Program-made: the position numbers and the translations under genes
From: Acanthaster planci
Lineage: Eukaryota
Direction of reading: 5' to 3'
DNA length: 64,000 nt
NCBI RefSeq assembly: GCF_001949145.1
Contig: NW_019091358.1
Span: forward strand, 930,961-994,960
Part shown: piece by piece, positions 50,831-64,000 of the stretch
Layout: each line of letters begins with the position of its first letter
Position numbering within the stretch: the stretch's first letter is position 1
Notes under the pieces: model-generated
What the model was told of the DNA's origin: nothing
Seen by the model: only the letters and a program-made list of their open reading frames with translations
Databases searched by the model: none

Positions 50831-53567
50831 CTGTAGCGGTTTTGCATGGTATAGCCATTTTGCTGGGCAGTTGTTTTGTTTCACAGGGAAACCTCCTTTG
50901 TGGATACCCTGTGTAACTAAAGCACTGCTCCGTACTGCATGCAACACTTTGTCTTTATCGTGTGTGGTGAGCATTGCAATTTATCAAATAAAAAAGTAGA
51001 TTTTAAGTCAATGCACTTTCAGAGCATTGTAATTCACGAAAAAAACCAGCAACATTTATTCGTCCTACTTATCGTCATTTTCGTCTCACTCCGGGAATGG
51101 CGTTAAATTGGAAAAGCAAATTCCTTTTTTTCCATCCATTTTACTTATTTAACCATTCAATTTCGTCAATGATATAAACTTGTATACAAAGCATTGGCCC
51201 TTAATCTAATTAACAATAGAAAGTCAAGTAACAGTGGGTTATGTAATTATTATGCCTGATTTCTTTGGCCTGTTCTAGTGGTGAAAAGTGGCCGATTCTA
51301 AAGTGAATCTAGTGGTGTTATTTCGGAAATGGAATCAATATTTAAGGCGGGTGACCTTTCCTTTGACGAAAATAAATTTTCGTTTAAGCAATTTTAAATG
51401 AAAGAAGTGCTAAATTAAGAGGGAAACCTACATATAAGAAGCTTGGCACCGATCAGTATTTCGCTGGTACACTTGTTCTCGAGGTTTGTGCATGAAATAC
51501 GTTGCCTTTTATGTCACTCATACCCTGAAGCAAGTACTAACATCGAAAAGGTTGCGTGCAAATCGGCTGCAGTATTCGGCTACTTGCTAGAGTTGTGTGG
51601 AATTTATTTGGTACATACCTCATTTTATTGCACGTGTCTACTCCAGTTTAAAAGGAATTGGTCGATATACAGTATGTATCGCTATAATGTTGTAGTCGAT
51701 TGTGATCAGTAATTCATGTCCACACATCAATAATTTCACAGAAAATATATGTTTTTTTGCGCTGCACAGCACATCTGTATGTTGTAACACAAATTGCAGT
51801 CAATCTCTACTCATATATACCTCTGTAATCATGTAATTGTCTGCTTCAACTGAAATTGTACAACTTGAAATATTTAATCTGTAAATTTGTATATTGTAGA
51901 AAAATCGTACGGATTATTTCGGATACAACGAATTTAATGGCATTAAATGTGTATAAACAATGGCATATGACAGTACATAATGGAATTATTGTCAATAGAA
52001 AAATAGAACGTCAGATCTAATTAAGTTTACATTTTTCATGATTAATTAGCCCTTGCATTTAATAAAAGGGAGTTGGCGAGAGCGTACGACAACAGAGAAT
52101 TGTAGAATTTTCACGTAATGTTAAAGTTTTTATTTTGTGATTTGTTTTTGAATGTTTGTCTTCTTTTGAACGGCCGAATTCATACATGTAAGATAAATAA
52201 CTGGACATAAATTACAATACTTGTAAATAAAATAGATTCGGATGGCCGTTCTTTCGAGGTATTTTTTATTTTTTGGGGCATAATAACCGCTACGACTACA
52301 CAGCTTTCGATAAACACTGCCTTAGAAAAATAGCATAGCCCCGTAAATGTTTAAACAAAGGATAACATAAGTATGTTCACATCCTATGGCCCAGTTTCCA
52401 CATTGTCTTCCGGACTACTAATTTGAAGAATGGTACCAGTACAATGACAGAACAAAACAAGGCTGCTCAACCATGTTCAATGCGTGTGCGTTGGCGTACG
52501 GCCGTTCCGTCCTGATAGGGTCATAAACAGTCAAATCAAGTGAAAACAAAATCGGCCTTGTCTGGAGGCAATCACAATTAGGGGACTTGCTGGGGAAAAT
52601 GCATTAAAAAAAACCCTGCGTCATCTATGACCATTAGCACAACATCTTTATTTAAACGTGCTCAGTGTTTTGTGTTCTGCATGCACCTTTACTTAAAATT
52701 CTTTCTTTATTGTCCAGAATTTAATTCATTAATTTGCAAACAATATGGAAGATATGAAAGGGATTATACGGCTCTCCCATTTTACGCATCTAACGTGAGA
52801 CTGGTTAATTGAAAAAGGTTTCCAGAAAATGAAGTGCTATGAAAGAAAATTTCTAACATCATCTTCATGGGTCAAATAGTGGGAGACCCCCTCGCTTTGA
52901 CGAGCTGTCCCCGATGGACTTGTTTTTCACAATATCGGGAATCCCGCAAAAGATTTCAAAGATACAGTCGGTTATGACTGACTCTGCGGTTGTTCTGGTT
53001 GGTCTACTAGAGCAAGGAAAATAATAGATGCACGTATTACGCAAACGTGAACGCAAACGCAACACTTTATTCGCGCGTGGGTGCGTGGGCGTCAAATGCC
53101 TGTTCGACACATTGATGTCCATTATTACAGACAATAATGGAGATCAATGGTTCGACAGTTTAGATGCGCGTCCCGCAAAAATGTACATCTTCCAATGGAC
53201 ACTCAAATAAAATGACAACTGATCAACCACATCAGGTAAATCTCTCAAAAGAAGTGTAATCAGTCATCGTAAACCAAGCATTAAAAAATCCCATTTGCAC
53301 AACCTTTGCAATTTCCAAAAATTGTCAATTTCGTAACAGCGAATGTTCAATGCTTAATTGTAAACCTTCCGAAGGAGTTAAAGTTTCTCAAGTCTTGACA
53401 TGAACTTCTCGTGTTTCACGTATTGGACGTCCGCGCGAACTACCCGTGCGTGAGAGACAATACAGGAAGCAGTGACGTCAGCATGAGTCCGGGCACACTT
53501 TTTTCGCATTCACGATCAAGTAGAAGGCGCAACTTAACTTTTCTGTACATTGACAAGAATAAAATAT

Positions 53568-53738
53568 AAAATCAGTGCTCTGGGATATGGGATTGTCGAG
53601 CTTTTGGTAAATTGAGTACCTTCTTCGGGGCAGGCAGATTCAGCTGAACTGAATCTGCTTAACTGAATCTGCTTGCCCTGAAGAGGGTACTCAGCCTACC
53701 GAAAGCTCGGCAATCCCATATTCCAGAGCACCGATTTT
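53568..53738. repeat. 171-bp imperfect palindrome (inverted pseudo-LTR-like relic)
   Basis: aaaatcagtgctctgggatatgggattgtcgagc... is mirrored by ...gctcggcaatcccatattccagagcaccgatttt. The centre carries a tandem duplication of aactgaatctgctt. Confidence 0.85.
53673..53713 (+). ncRNA. Minimal type I hammerhead ribozyme motif (Penelope-like-element type)
   Basis: ttgcc CTGAAGA g ggta-ctcagcc-tacc GAAA gc TC ggcaa. Stem I is ttgcc/ggcaa and stem II is ggta/tacc. Stem III is the palindromic AGCT minimal form. Predicted cut after C53708. Confidence 0.7.
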
Positions 53739-56700
53739 GGTGCAAAGCAGCCCTGCCATATTTAACCTCTCGTTTAAATACGCTGTACGTTTCGTGTTAA
53801 AGTGTGACGCCCACTGCACATGCACTGTACATATAGAGTTACATCCACTGATCACCGTTTACATGCAACCATGGAGCCGGAAGTTCACGCGCAACAATGG
53901 GAGCCTACAAAGCGTTGCGCGTCCGCCTTTGTGGCGAAGTCACTTACGAACCGGGTAGTCATTTTCTCGTAGCATGTGAATTTTTGCACATCTGTGAGTA
54001 GACTGGTTCCCGTCCCGTACGTAGTCTCCGGACGTCTTGCAGACGTCCTCCGAACTTAATAGGGGCCATTAGTGGGTAATGATTCTGGAGGAATCCTGCT
54101 GGTTTACGGTAATGAAGAAATTAGCATGTGAACATTACCACAATGCAACGCTGTCACGTGAAAAAAAATGTACCTGCTTTTTAGGGGTACCCACTTCTAC
54201 GATTACAGGGGATACTCTTTCCTGAAGTCTTCCCGAGAGCCATGTGTTCGGCTGTGACGTTCGCGAAAAGTTGCATGTAAACATCATCTCTATAAACAGA
54301 GAGAGCAATTGCAGAGTTAAACCAACCACGGACCCCACAACCCAGCAAGCTACCGGTCCCTTTGTAATAGGGACGGGGACCACTCCAGTCTATGAGACAA
54401 TGCATTCATCAAGCACAGATATAAGCTTTTTCCTTATTCCTGTGATATGAGCTGAGGCCGATATCGCGAACACGTATACTGTACTCAAATTGACAGTTCA
54501 CAGTCAAGGACAAAAACTTAAAATCCAGTTTTGCTTTCCATATGGCCTGGTTTTTATTGATTCCCAAACCTTTGAAATTCTTCTTTTTTCTTGTTGTTGC
54601 TCGTCTGAAGACGGTGGTTATATTCGGGCCCATTTTATTTGCAATCAGTTTCTTATATCATTGTTAGGATATTCTAGCACCCCGTACGGATGCACAGCCT
54701 AAGGGACGGATTGGGGGAGCGGGTTATGGCCCCCGGCACTGTAGCAATTTTTATGATGAGAGAAAGGCGAATATTTATTCTTTCAGTTACATTTTTACCC
54801 CTGAAAAAGTCCATTAAAGGTTACATGAAAAAATTTCTAATATGTGGAATCCCTCAGTTAGGACATTGCCCTCGATGTAGATCATTGCTGTCACATTAAA
54901 AATTACCGCTGCAGTTCCAGCCGAGGTCACTGTTTTGTCTGGTTTCACCCTGTCGTAAATACCAATCGAAGGCACGGTCACTTATTAACTTTAATATTTA
55001 ACGTCAGTCACAGTGTACAGCTCTCAAAATAGATTTTTCACTCCCACTGGTAATTTCAGGTAGATCAAAGTCAAACCTACATCTTTTAGCGCAGCGTTCA
55101 ATTCCGATCTAATTTAGATGCACATACCCCATAGCCGGAGGAAGGATGCAGTAATCCTTTTTTTTAACAACGCCTCTAGCATTGAAAAGTATACCGGTGC
55201 TTGTCAATGAACAGCCGTCGGGCACACCACCATTCAGTCACGTGCGGCTCACACGTGAGTCTTTCTACCAAGAGAAAAATTGCATTCAACTCAAAATAAA
55301 CTTTCCCCAAGAAAATGCCACCCCAAAACAGAACTGCACTTTATTGTATTTGTGTCACAAAGGAAGTTGCCAGTCAAGTGTAGGATTTCTGTCAGCATAA
55401 TTGAGAATAAATCTCAATACAAGGCAAAAATGGAGGACTTGAGTACGCCTCGTCAGATTTGTGACTCGATTCGAATTCGATTCGGTCTGCACTTCGTTCT
55501 GTTGATAAATTTGATGAAACTGTTGCAATAACCATTTTACGACCGGGATTCAGACTTCGACGCACGACACGACGCGTCGTATGCTATCGCTCTTTGCTTT
55601 ATGGTGTTTATAGAGGGCGCCTTTACCGTCTTCTTTCATTTCCTTCCCCCGACCCTTGCTTGCACAGTACATGCCATAGGTACCAGACCTTGATTCTGTT
55701 GTTCTTTTTCGTGGTTTCTTTCTAACTTTGTGTTTTCATTGAGAATGAGTTGTTGAAGAAAACTCTTTTCCTTTTTTTGAATCAAATGTAAAAAGAAAGA
55801 GCTTTGCGACCAATCAGCATTGTCTTCAGGAAATATATAACATTAACGTCAGCCACAACAATCTTTTAGCTTTTCCTGATCTAATTCTGCTTTTTCTAAT
55901 AACTATTGTAAACCCATTCTAAGATACAATACATCAATCATTATTACGTGCTTGCAAAAATGTAACATGCGGATCTGATGAGAAATTAAGCGCAAGGCCA
56001 AACAGAGAGGAAGAAAAGACACCGTCACAACGGTAGCAGGATCTGCAGTGTTTTAATAGGAAACACGACGGCGGACTAATATCATTGAAAGTGTGGTGCT
56101 GATGAAGTTAACGAGGAAAACAAAACTGAAGGAAGACTGAATATTCTGAGGGTAATAATATAGTGCAGACTGGATGGTAACTACCTAAACCCGTGCTCAA
56201 ACTTGCGGTCGTACAATTGTAGACAAGTTGTCTGGAGGAGTGAGAGAATTACTTGGAAACTGCTGGCACGGATCACAGAGAAATATTTATAAGGTTACAA
56301 ATTTACCACAAATGGGAACTTCATCAACAGTCTTAAAAAGAAAGTGGACGGACATTCGAACAAGGATCGGCCGGGTAAATTAAAAAGTGACGAATTCTGG
56401 GCTTATGCTTATTATGTGAGAGCATTACCTACATACGCAGATTTGAAAAATCAACACCAAAGAGCGAATTGCATGTACTTTGCAAAAAAGGTGGACGGAA
56501 AGGAAAGAAAACAGTAAAGATGCCCTCTATAAACTCCATGAAGTAAAGGGCCACAGCACACGACGCGTCGAGTCATGTCGCGCATCAGGCGACGCGATGT
56601 ACGACACGACGTACGACTGCACGACACGACGAAAGGGGCAACGTTTAGGCAGAAAAAAATGCAACAAGGAAAGGACCTAAGACAGCACGACGCGACGGGC

Positions 56701-57039
56701 GACGGCACGACGAGACGTGTGTGTACAAACGAAATGGCAAGAAGGCGACGGTTCGACCCGACGGCACGACACAAGGGAGCCGTCGTGCTGTCTGGTCTGG
56801 AGGGAGGCGAGAGAGAGAAAGAGAAATGTTTGTCGTAAATAGTACACCATACGTTCGGCCGTCCAAATCGCCCTGGGAGCGATTTTGACGGATACGCAAT
56901 GCTTGGCGCAAGTGCGGACGCGCATATGAAAAGGCCCCTTTATATACTGTAACCGTGCGCGCTCAAGGGTGAGCAAAATTATTTTCAGAGCGCAGTCTCC
57001 GTAACGTTGGTGGATGGGTACTTTATTTTGTGTAGTTAT

Positions 57040-57207
57040 CAGTGATGTACCACTCGAATCAGGATTCGGATATCGAGTCTGTAGTCAAATCCAACTTTTG
57101 ACAAACTGGAATCGGACCCAGACACGTTTTTTGATGACTCGGTCCTGGACCCGGAACAAAACTCGTGGGGCTAAAACTCGGACGTGATGGAATCGACTAC
57201 AACACTT
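57040..57207. mobile_element. hAT-like MITE with gactcg/gaatc subterminal repeats
   Basis: Termini cagtgatgta and tacaacactt. Flanking 8-mers gtagttat and gtagctgt match 6/8. Confidence 0.6.
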
Positions 57208-59342
57208 GTAGCTGTCAATACGTACCTGACTAATCGTTACCCGCTATCATACCCGTTACTTAGCACAGCACGCCATTTTCCTCGGAAAAATAATCAAAGG
57301 AACAAAACAGATTTGCTTTTGAGCCACCCCCCCCCAAAAAGCTACCTTACCCATTCCAGTGTCCACACTTTGTATGTAAAACAGGTATTGGTGTGCTTTG
57401 AGTGTGTGCGTTTAATAGCGGCACACTCGGTTTTTTGTAGGCTCTCACAGTATTTCTAGGCCCCGTTTTCTCGCAGGCCCTAACCATACTGCTGACTGGC
57501 AACTGTGGATAATCTAACCCTGGTTGGCATTCGGCGGGCTTTTATAAGACAGCCCTTTGAACAGAGTTGTACGAAGGTCGGTGTCTTGTTCATTCTCGTA
57601 GAGCCCTCAATCAGCGAATTATCCGCCTCGCGTCGCAAATAGTGGCATTCCCGTCGGCGGAGCTTCTCGCCCGGATTCGCCCAATTCTGGCGCTGTCCCC
57701 ACTGGACCTCAATCTCGATCTCATTTCCATGAATACAGTACCCATCGTTGTCATCTCAAGGCGACTGATCTACTTTCTTGAGAGGAGGTTGTGCGAGCCT
57801 TGTCAAATCTGTGTGGACGTTTTGGAAATAAGCTTCTTCGACATGTTTCTTAATCTTGTCTCGGAGGCGCAGTGCTTGACAAAAACAGGCTGCAACGGAA
57901 AGCTTTTATATCCCTTTTCTGTGTGTAGACCTGTTCACCACACTGTCCTCTGCAGTGTCTCGGTTGGGTGTTTACATTGGAATTGCATTTTTAGACTCGA
58001 CCTCATGACAAGTGTCAATGCGTTGATCTTAAGAGACGGAGGGCAGTTTTATTGCAAGGGGCAGCATACCGCATTCTTGAAACCAAGTTTTCGTTTCGAA
58101 GTGATGGTTTGAAACAAGCCTGGTTAATCTACTGGGTTGGCAAAGTGGCTTTAAATAACGCACCATGAACTGAATTCTACACGCACAAGCAGGCATCCTT
58201 ATTTTTTCTTCCAGGGCCACCGTCCAGGTTCAAGCTAGACTTGAATTAAGTTGGACTTACGCTGCTCTTTCCTTGTCAGCTATCCCTTCACTGTGCACAC
58301 GATGGTGCTCACACACTCGCACAACTTCTTATAATGCGCCCTCATCATTGATACCCCTTCTGTGATATTCTGCGTCAGCGGGCAAATGTGTCACCGGTAC
58401 AGTGCCATAAACATAAGTCCCACTTGACAGATAAGCGTATCAGACCCCCCAATCCGTCAACTCGGGATACTCAACCTACAGTAATAAGTGGACACGAGAG
58501 GGCGCGAAACAAACCAGTAAATAACAGACGCCGCGCCTCCTCCGGGATCTCGCCCCCCCCCCCTTTGGGAAAATCCTGGATCCGCCCCTAGATCCCGACT
58601 TGAGTCAAGTCTAAGTTCCAGCAAAAAATGTCCAATTTCTTTAGGATAATTTTTTCTTTACAGATCTTTAAAAGTAAGCCATCAGCTTACTTTCAAAGGG
58701 AGATAGTGTGTAGAGTTTTGGCTTGGTTATCTGCATTTATGGTTCTTCATTTATGCAATGCATTGTGCATGGTCGGGTAAACGTAGGCCTACGTATGTTC
58801 GTGTACAATGTAACAAACCGTGACACAGAGAATCGAGAAAGTATGGTGGCCTTAAAGGGGTGTCGCAAATGGTGATATTGATTTTTTTTTTAAATCCCTC
58901 TCACTCTCTGATTGTAAACGTCGATGTCAATATTTACGTTGAAGCCGATATAAACTTAGACAAACACCGACGGGGCACAGCGCAAAAACATACCGGCGTT
59001 CAAAGCCTAACTGGGATAATTTCACCACCCACCCTCGGCTAGACTGACGGCAGAAAAAGCACCAAAAAAAAGGAAAGTGACGAATGAAGACACTGTTCTA
59101 CAGTTTGCAGGTTTTCATGTTCATATTTTGAACCTCAAAGTTGCTCTTAGAAAACATTAAGATAAAAGGTTGCTCGCTGGCTTATTGCTGTGTGCTTATC
59201 CAACAACAACTTGCCAAAGCAAATGGAAATCGTCGAAAACGAAGTATAAAATCTAGAAATATTTGTGAACAAATTACGCCAACATTCAGGTTCACTACAC
59301 TACAGCTTTGCTTATTAGTAGGACGCAAATTTATATCAGCAT

Positions 59343-59388
<46 letters not shown>
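59343..59388. repeat. (AAC)n microsatellite
   Basis: About 15 tandem aac units. Confidence 0.95.
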
Positions 59389-59389
<1 letters not shown>

Positions 59390-61869
59390 AATACAGATAA
59401 AACCAGCAAAACAAAACTTGAAAATTAGGTAAATTGAAACATAAAGGTGAATTTTGTTGATTACTAGTACAATATTTCTATTACATGGACGATCGACCCT
59501 TGCCTACATGCACAAACATGGAGGTGGACTTCGGAAATAGTATGGTTTCCAAATGTGCTGTTGTCGTGGTTGTGTGGCTTTGAAGGGGTGAAACTGCGCC
59601 AGTGGCTGTGGATTACAATATAAATGTAGATATATACACATGTTGGACACGACCTACATGGCAACGTATGACATCAGTACAATACATTTGCAGTTCTTTT
59701 ATACCGGCCATATGGACCTTATACCTTTGCTACGCCACCAATGGTTGGCACATCAATTGGTGTCTGCGGGGACAAAACAAAAAGAAATATTCACAACGCT
59801 GTTACAAATTCAGACAAATACGAGAACACTAAAAATAAATACTCCTGCAAAATACTAAATAAAATGCCTCCCATTTTAATACTGATGAAGGGAAGGTGTA
59901 CATTTCGTCAGCAACATTACGAACTAAATCAATTGTCCCGGTTTGGTACACCTCGTGAAAAGCCGTGCGATGAACAATTTACGCAATATCGTAAATGTAT
60001 GCACTTCGATCGCTAATGTGTAATTTCAATATTTTGGTTTCAGGAATCAACACATCAGCATGTTTTTTATATGTGATTCAGAGGAATGTATACACTGAAT
60101 ATAATGACACGGATTATGCATTCGTCTAGCTGTGGCATATAATAGCATTTAACTAGAGATATAATTCATACTTAAGAAATTAACAAAGGTGTCATTCCTG
60201 AAAACTAAAATGTCCTGAGACTTTTATGTGCTAGTTAGTGAAAATGAAAACTGCGAGACCTGTACCCGGGGACGTGCATATAGGTGCCACTTTGCGTTGA
60301 TTCGCGGTGACGGTGACGATTTTGAGGCTAAGTTTGCTTCTAATCAATGATAAATTTTCTAGACTTTGCTGGACTGCCCAACAAAATTGTTCGTCGATAT
60401 TTGTAACCAAAAGAAAGGTCTGTACACCTCCATTATTGGTAGTGTCATTGCTGGAATGGCATGCGTATCCTCCTCGAGCAGAAGCACCCCCTCATTGGTT
60501 GAGAAGATTGGTCGTGAATGTTGATTTTGTTGGTAGCAATGTGACCTTAACGCGTGCATTTCATAGCTGTTCGCGACCAGCGAAGTTCAGCTCCGACCAA
60601 ATGAGCCTCTGTTGTTAAAAAAATTGCGTCCTCTCTTGGTCCAGACATCTGGACTTCAGCAGACACATTTATAAAATTCTACGTTCTGAGTTCCTTTTCA
60701 CGAAGCCCGATATTTCTTACATTGTCGACAGAGCTTATCGTCAATGAGGGTGCAGAATGGCACATTGCAACGGCCTGAAGGTTTTTGAAACAAATCGTAA
60801 TTGTAAAAGCAGCAGTTTTGATTAAATTACGAAGATATCTCCAACCTGACTTTTATATCGTATTGTCGTATTGTGTCACTTTGTATAGCTGCACCTCAGC
60901 ATGATGACAAATTTATTTTGCTAATTATACAGGCAAACAAAAGCCTTCTACTGCGTCTAACTTTTGTTTGAAATTCATCCGTTTTACGAACTCTGCAATC
61001 TTCCTGTTATTAAATCCGAATCCTAACAAATAAGCAGTTGCCATTCGGCTCTCATGGGGAAAAGTTCAGTAGCAAATCTGAGAAGATAGAGCAGTCTCCC
61101 TCGTAAGCACAAGGCGCTTCTACTTCACTTCAAGATGTCAAATTATGCTCCCACAGTACATGTGCTTCGGGCTATTATTAATGAATTCAGTGCAGAATAC
61201 AGGCATCCTTCTTAGAATTCATCATATTCTTGGGTGATAGTTCTCAGGATTATCGCTGTCCGCCGGATGAAACTGTTTTCAAAGGCCTGAGGCTTGATCA
61301 GATGTTTGTTTTGAAGAGGTGATATGTAATTGAGAATATCAGAACGGAAATTGGAGCAGTCATGAGTTTGAGGGAAGCGTGCTTCAAAGTCAATGATGTA
61401 CGAAAAACAGCATGTCTGTGTCGAGCGTGCAGTACACCAGGACTTCAGAAGGTTAAAGGGGTATACGGAGCCCGGAAAGTGTGTTAAATTGTTCACTTAC
61501 TTTATTTTAAAAGTACAAGCCAAAGAGTCCAATCCAACGTAAATGCATAAAAATACATGAGAAACATCAAAGAGCACAACTCTCATCAAGCTCCATGACT
61601 GCATTAGTACTATCGGGGGCGTGGGTAGCACGGCTTGGTTGGATGCCTATGCCGTGGAAGGAGACACAATGACTGGAATTACCAGCGCCCCAGCTGCAGC
61701 GGCTCGATTTTCGGGTGCCCGAAATACCATCCCCGTGTAATACAGTGTGTTTCGCGACGTTCCTTTGACTCGGGGACATGCGCTTGCGCGCACAAGCTCC
61801 TAGGCATTTGATGCGCACCGTACCATACTTTACAAATTAATATTGAGCGGCTCAGAGCTCTGGAAGTGC

Positions 61870-62235
61870 CATCCAACTTGTTGACATCCTATCATATTTT
61901 TTTCTCAGGATGTCGACATAATCCAGGTGAGATGTCGACATCCTGAGATAAGATATCACGGGACGACATCGTAAAAGTTGGATGACAACATCCTGTGATA
62001 TTTTATCATGGGATGACATCGTAAAAGTAAGCAACTGAGATCGACCTACCATGAACTCAGGTAAACGCAGGATGGAACATCAGCCTACGCTACTGGTGCT
62101 CAGACCTCTCCAACTTACCATGTGTACAAAGGGATAATCCAAGTTGTAAAGTAGATATCACACTCGTTGGATGCCGTCATCACGTAATAAATTTTCTCAG
62201 CATGTCGTCATCCAACTTTTGCGATGTCATCATCT
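61870..62235. repeat. Inverted/short-repeat element (MITE-like)
   Basis: gacatcgtaaaagttggatgacaacat (about 61965) is inverted relative to atgtcgtcatccaacttttgcgatgtc (about 62202). Repeated gatgtcgacat motifs. Confidence 0.55.
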
Positions 62236-64000
62236 AACGTGTCGTCAGATCATTGATGTACACGCGTCAGCCAGAGGTGGAGAACTTCTACACATTGTGG
62301 ATAACATGCATAAAGGTAATCTGATATTTCGGGCGACCACTGAGGATCATGTCTGTCAGCAAGAGCGAGGGAGAAAGTGCGGCCAAGGTTCCCGGTGAAG
62401 GTTTGACTTCAGTCTAGTGTAGTAAATATTAAAGGATTTTAAGATGTGAATTGGGATATTTTCATCGTGCACAGGGCTTCTTACATTAGTATTCTGCAAT
62501 CCCTACCTCCCTTAAGCGTATGACGTCAGATAACGCTAGGCTGGTTCTCTTTCCACCAAGATACAGTCTTTTATGCTACAAAAGCCGTAAACCCGTCATC
62601 TTGGACTAGAGCGCCTCCACGTTGGGTCGCCATTTTCTTGAAGGGTGCCCGGGCCACTTCCCCGGGAGGCAGTCTCGCGCCGGTTACCGGGCTTCGCTCT
62701 TGCACATATCGGACGGCTTCGCTCTCCCGGCTGGTGTTCCGACTGGTCTGCGGGTTTGTTGTCCTCCGGCACCGGGCATCATTGGTTGGATTTATACCCC
62801 GGTTTGTGATGTTTCTCAATCGTGTTGTTGTCACGTTTTAGGCATGTATCGACAAAAAGGATTTTCTAAATATAATAATTGTACAACAGTGGATCTGATA
62901 AAAATTCAATAAAATCAATAATTTAACATTGCATTATTTTATCACAAAGTCGCCTGTATTTTGTAAATGGATCTCACTTTTAGTGCATCACAGGCATTGA
63001 AATCCAATTGAATTCGGTAAATGGCTTTATGTAAGGTTGGTTTATCCCATATGGGGGCCAAAATAATTGCATTTGGTTCCATATCTGTTGTCATCGAAAG
63101 TGACAAGGGCAGAGTACCAGTATTGAGCCTAATGCATATGCAAAGTCTTTGTTTTTTTTGCGGGGGGCAGGTTGAGCCAATATCCAGGACATGCAGGACA
63201 TCTCCACATGCTCGATATCCATAACGTACTTCATTCGTTATGATTTAAGACAGAAATTTTCATGAAGTGTGGTAAGATAAATTTGTTCTTTACCTATTTC
63301 TGCCATTTAGCCTTTTCTAGAGTTCTCATCGTTTGGATTACATAAACACATTACATTACATGTTTTTCTTAAAAACGTATAATTTTCTGATATTTTCTAC
63401 ATGTTCTATTTGTGACCAACGCAACGACGTTTACACTGTCACGGATTACATGTACGCGTGTCACGTCCTTCTTTTGGGACCACGTGTTACGGGCCAGGCT
63501 GTACTGTTGTGTTGTTCATGCTTTACAATTTTCATCAACTGCTCTTTACATAATATATTTTTCGATATTTCAGCATGTTCAAAGAGACGTGTCTTCTGTC
63601 TTTCTCATGGTGCAAGTGTTTTCGACCTCTGTCAATGTCTGCCTACCTTTACTGACAATGCATGTTCTTTTCATAATTTTTGACTTTTAAGTCAGTGTTT
63701 CTCATTTATATATTATTCACGGCAATTCCATTGTTTTCTGGTTCTGGAACCCATCAGCAACCTTTGCTCACAAGTTGTTATTTTAATTTACCGTATAGGT
63801 GAGGTAATAAGGTTATAGTAACAAAATTCAATAACTATCACTCTTTCCGCCTCCTGTACATTGGTACTCCTTAATATGAATCATGTCATTAATGAATAAC
63901 TAAGTATCACAGTAATCAACAAGTTAATATTTACTTTCTTTTAACTCATCAGATATTATTTACATTACAAAACGGACCTTTATCAAAACACCAGGCAATA

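Noticed and set aside
55798..55835. Minus-strand cctgaaga...gcaaagctc hammerhead-like string
   Set aside because: GAAA box broken and stems unconvincing.
57567..58112. 181-aa ORF and coding-looking opposite strand
   Set aside because: No recognisable motif. May be a decayed element but cannot be supported.
59182..59409. Poly-Cys ORF
   Set aside because: Artefact of the (AAC)n microsatellite.
62571..62912. Overlapping GC-rich ORFs with an AAAATGGCG motif
   Set aside because: ORFs are explained by local GC content. No domain or splice support, though the patch could be a promoter.

Overview
Eukaryotic, AT-rich animal genomic DNA, probably an echinoderm (the opsin recalls sea-urchin opsin 1 from memory; not searched). 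The only intact host gene I can support is the 3' part of a ciliary-type opsin on the + strand. It has three coding exons (10824-10957, 13962-14201, 44985-45446) that include the retinal-binding Lys and NPIIY, and its upstream exons are not recognisable in the window. The rest is mostly decayed transposons. A Crypton-like tyrosine-recombinase element (about 6.35-8.64 kb) lies upstream of the first visible exon. The 30.8-kb last intron holds an intron-containing AcademX-type transposase/XPG pseudogene (about 21.9-28.4 kb), a possible Myb/SANT relic, an L2-like LINE end, a SINE and MITEs. That intron also holds head-to-tail composite repeats built from about 147-bp and about 171-bp subunits carrying at least 23 perfect TGACGTCA sites. 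Downstream of the gene are a 99-nt G-U-rich hairpin and a 171-bp palindrome containing a minimal hammerhead-ribozyme motif. Most short ORFs in the supplied track look spurious. All of this was read by eye; no searches or folding programs were run.
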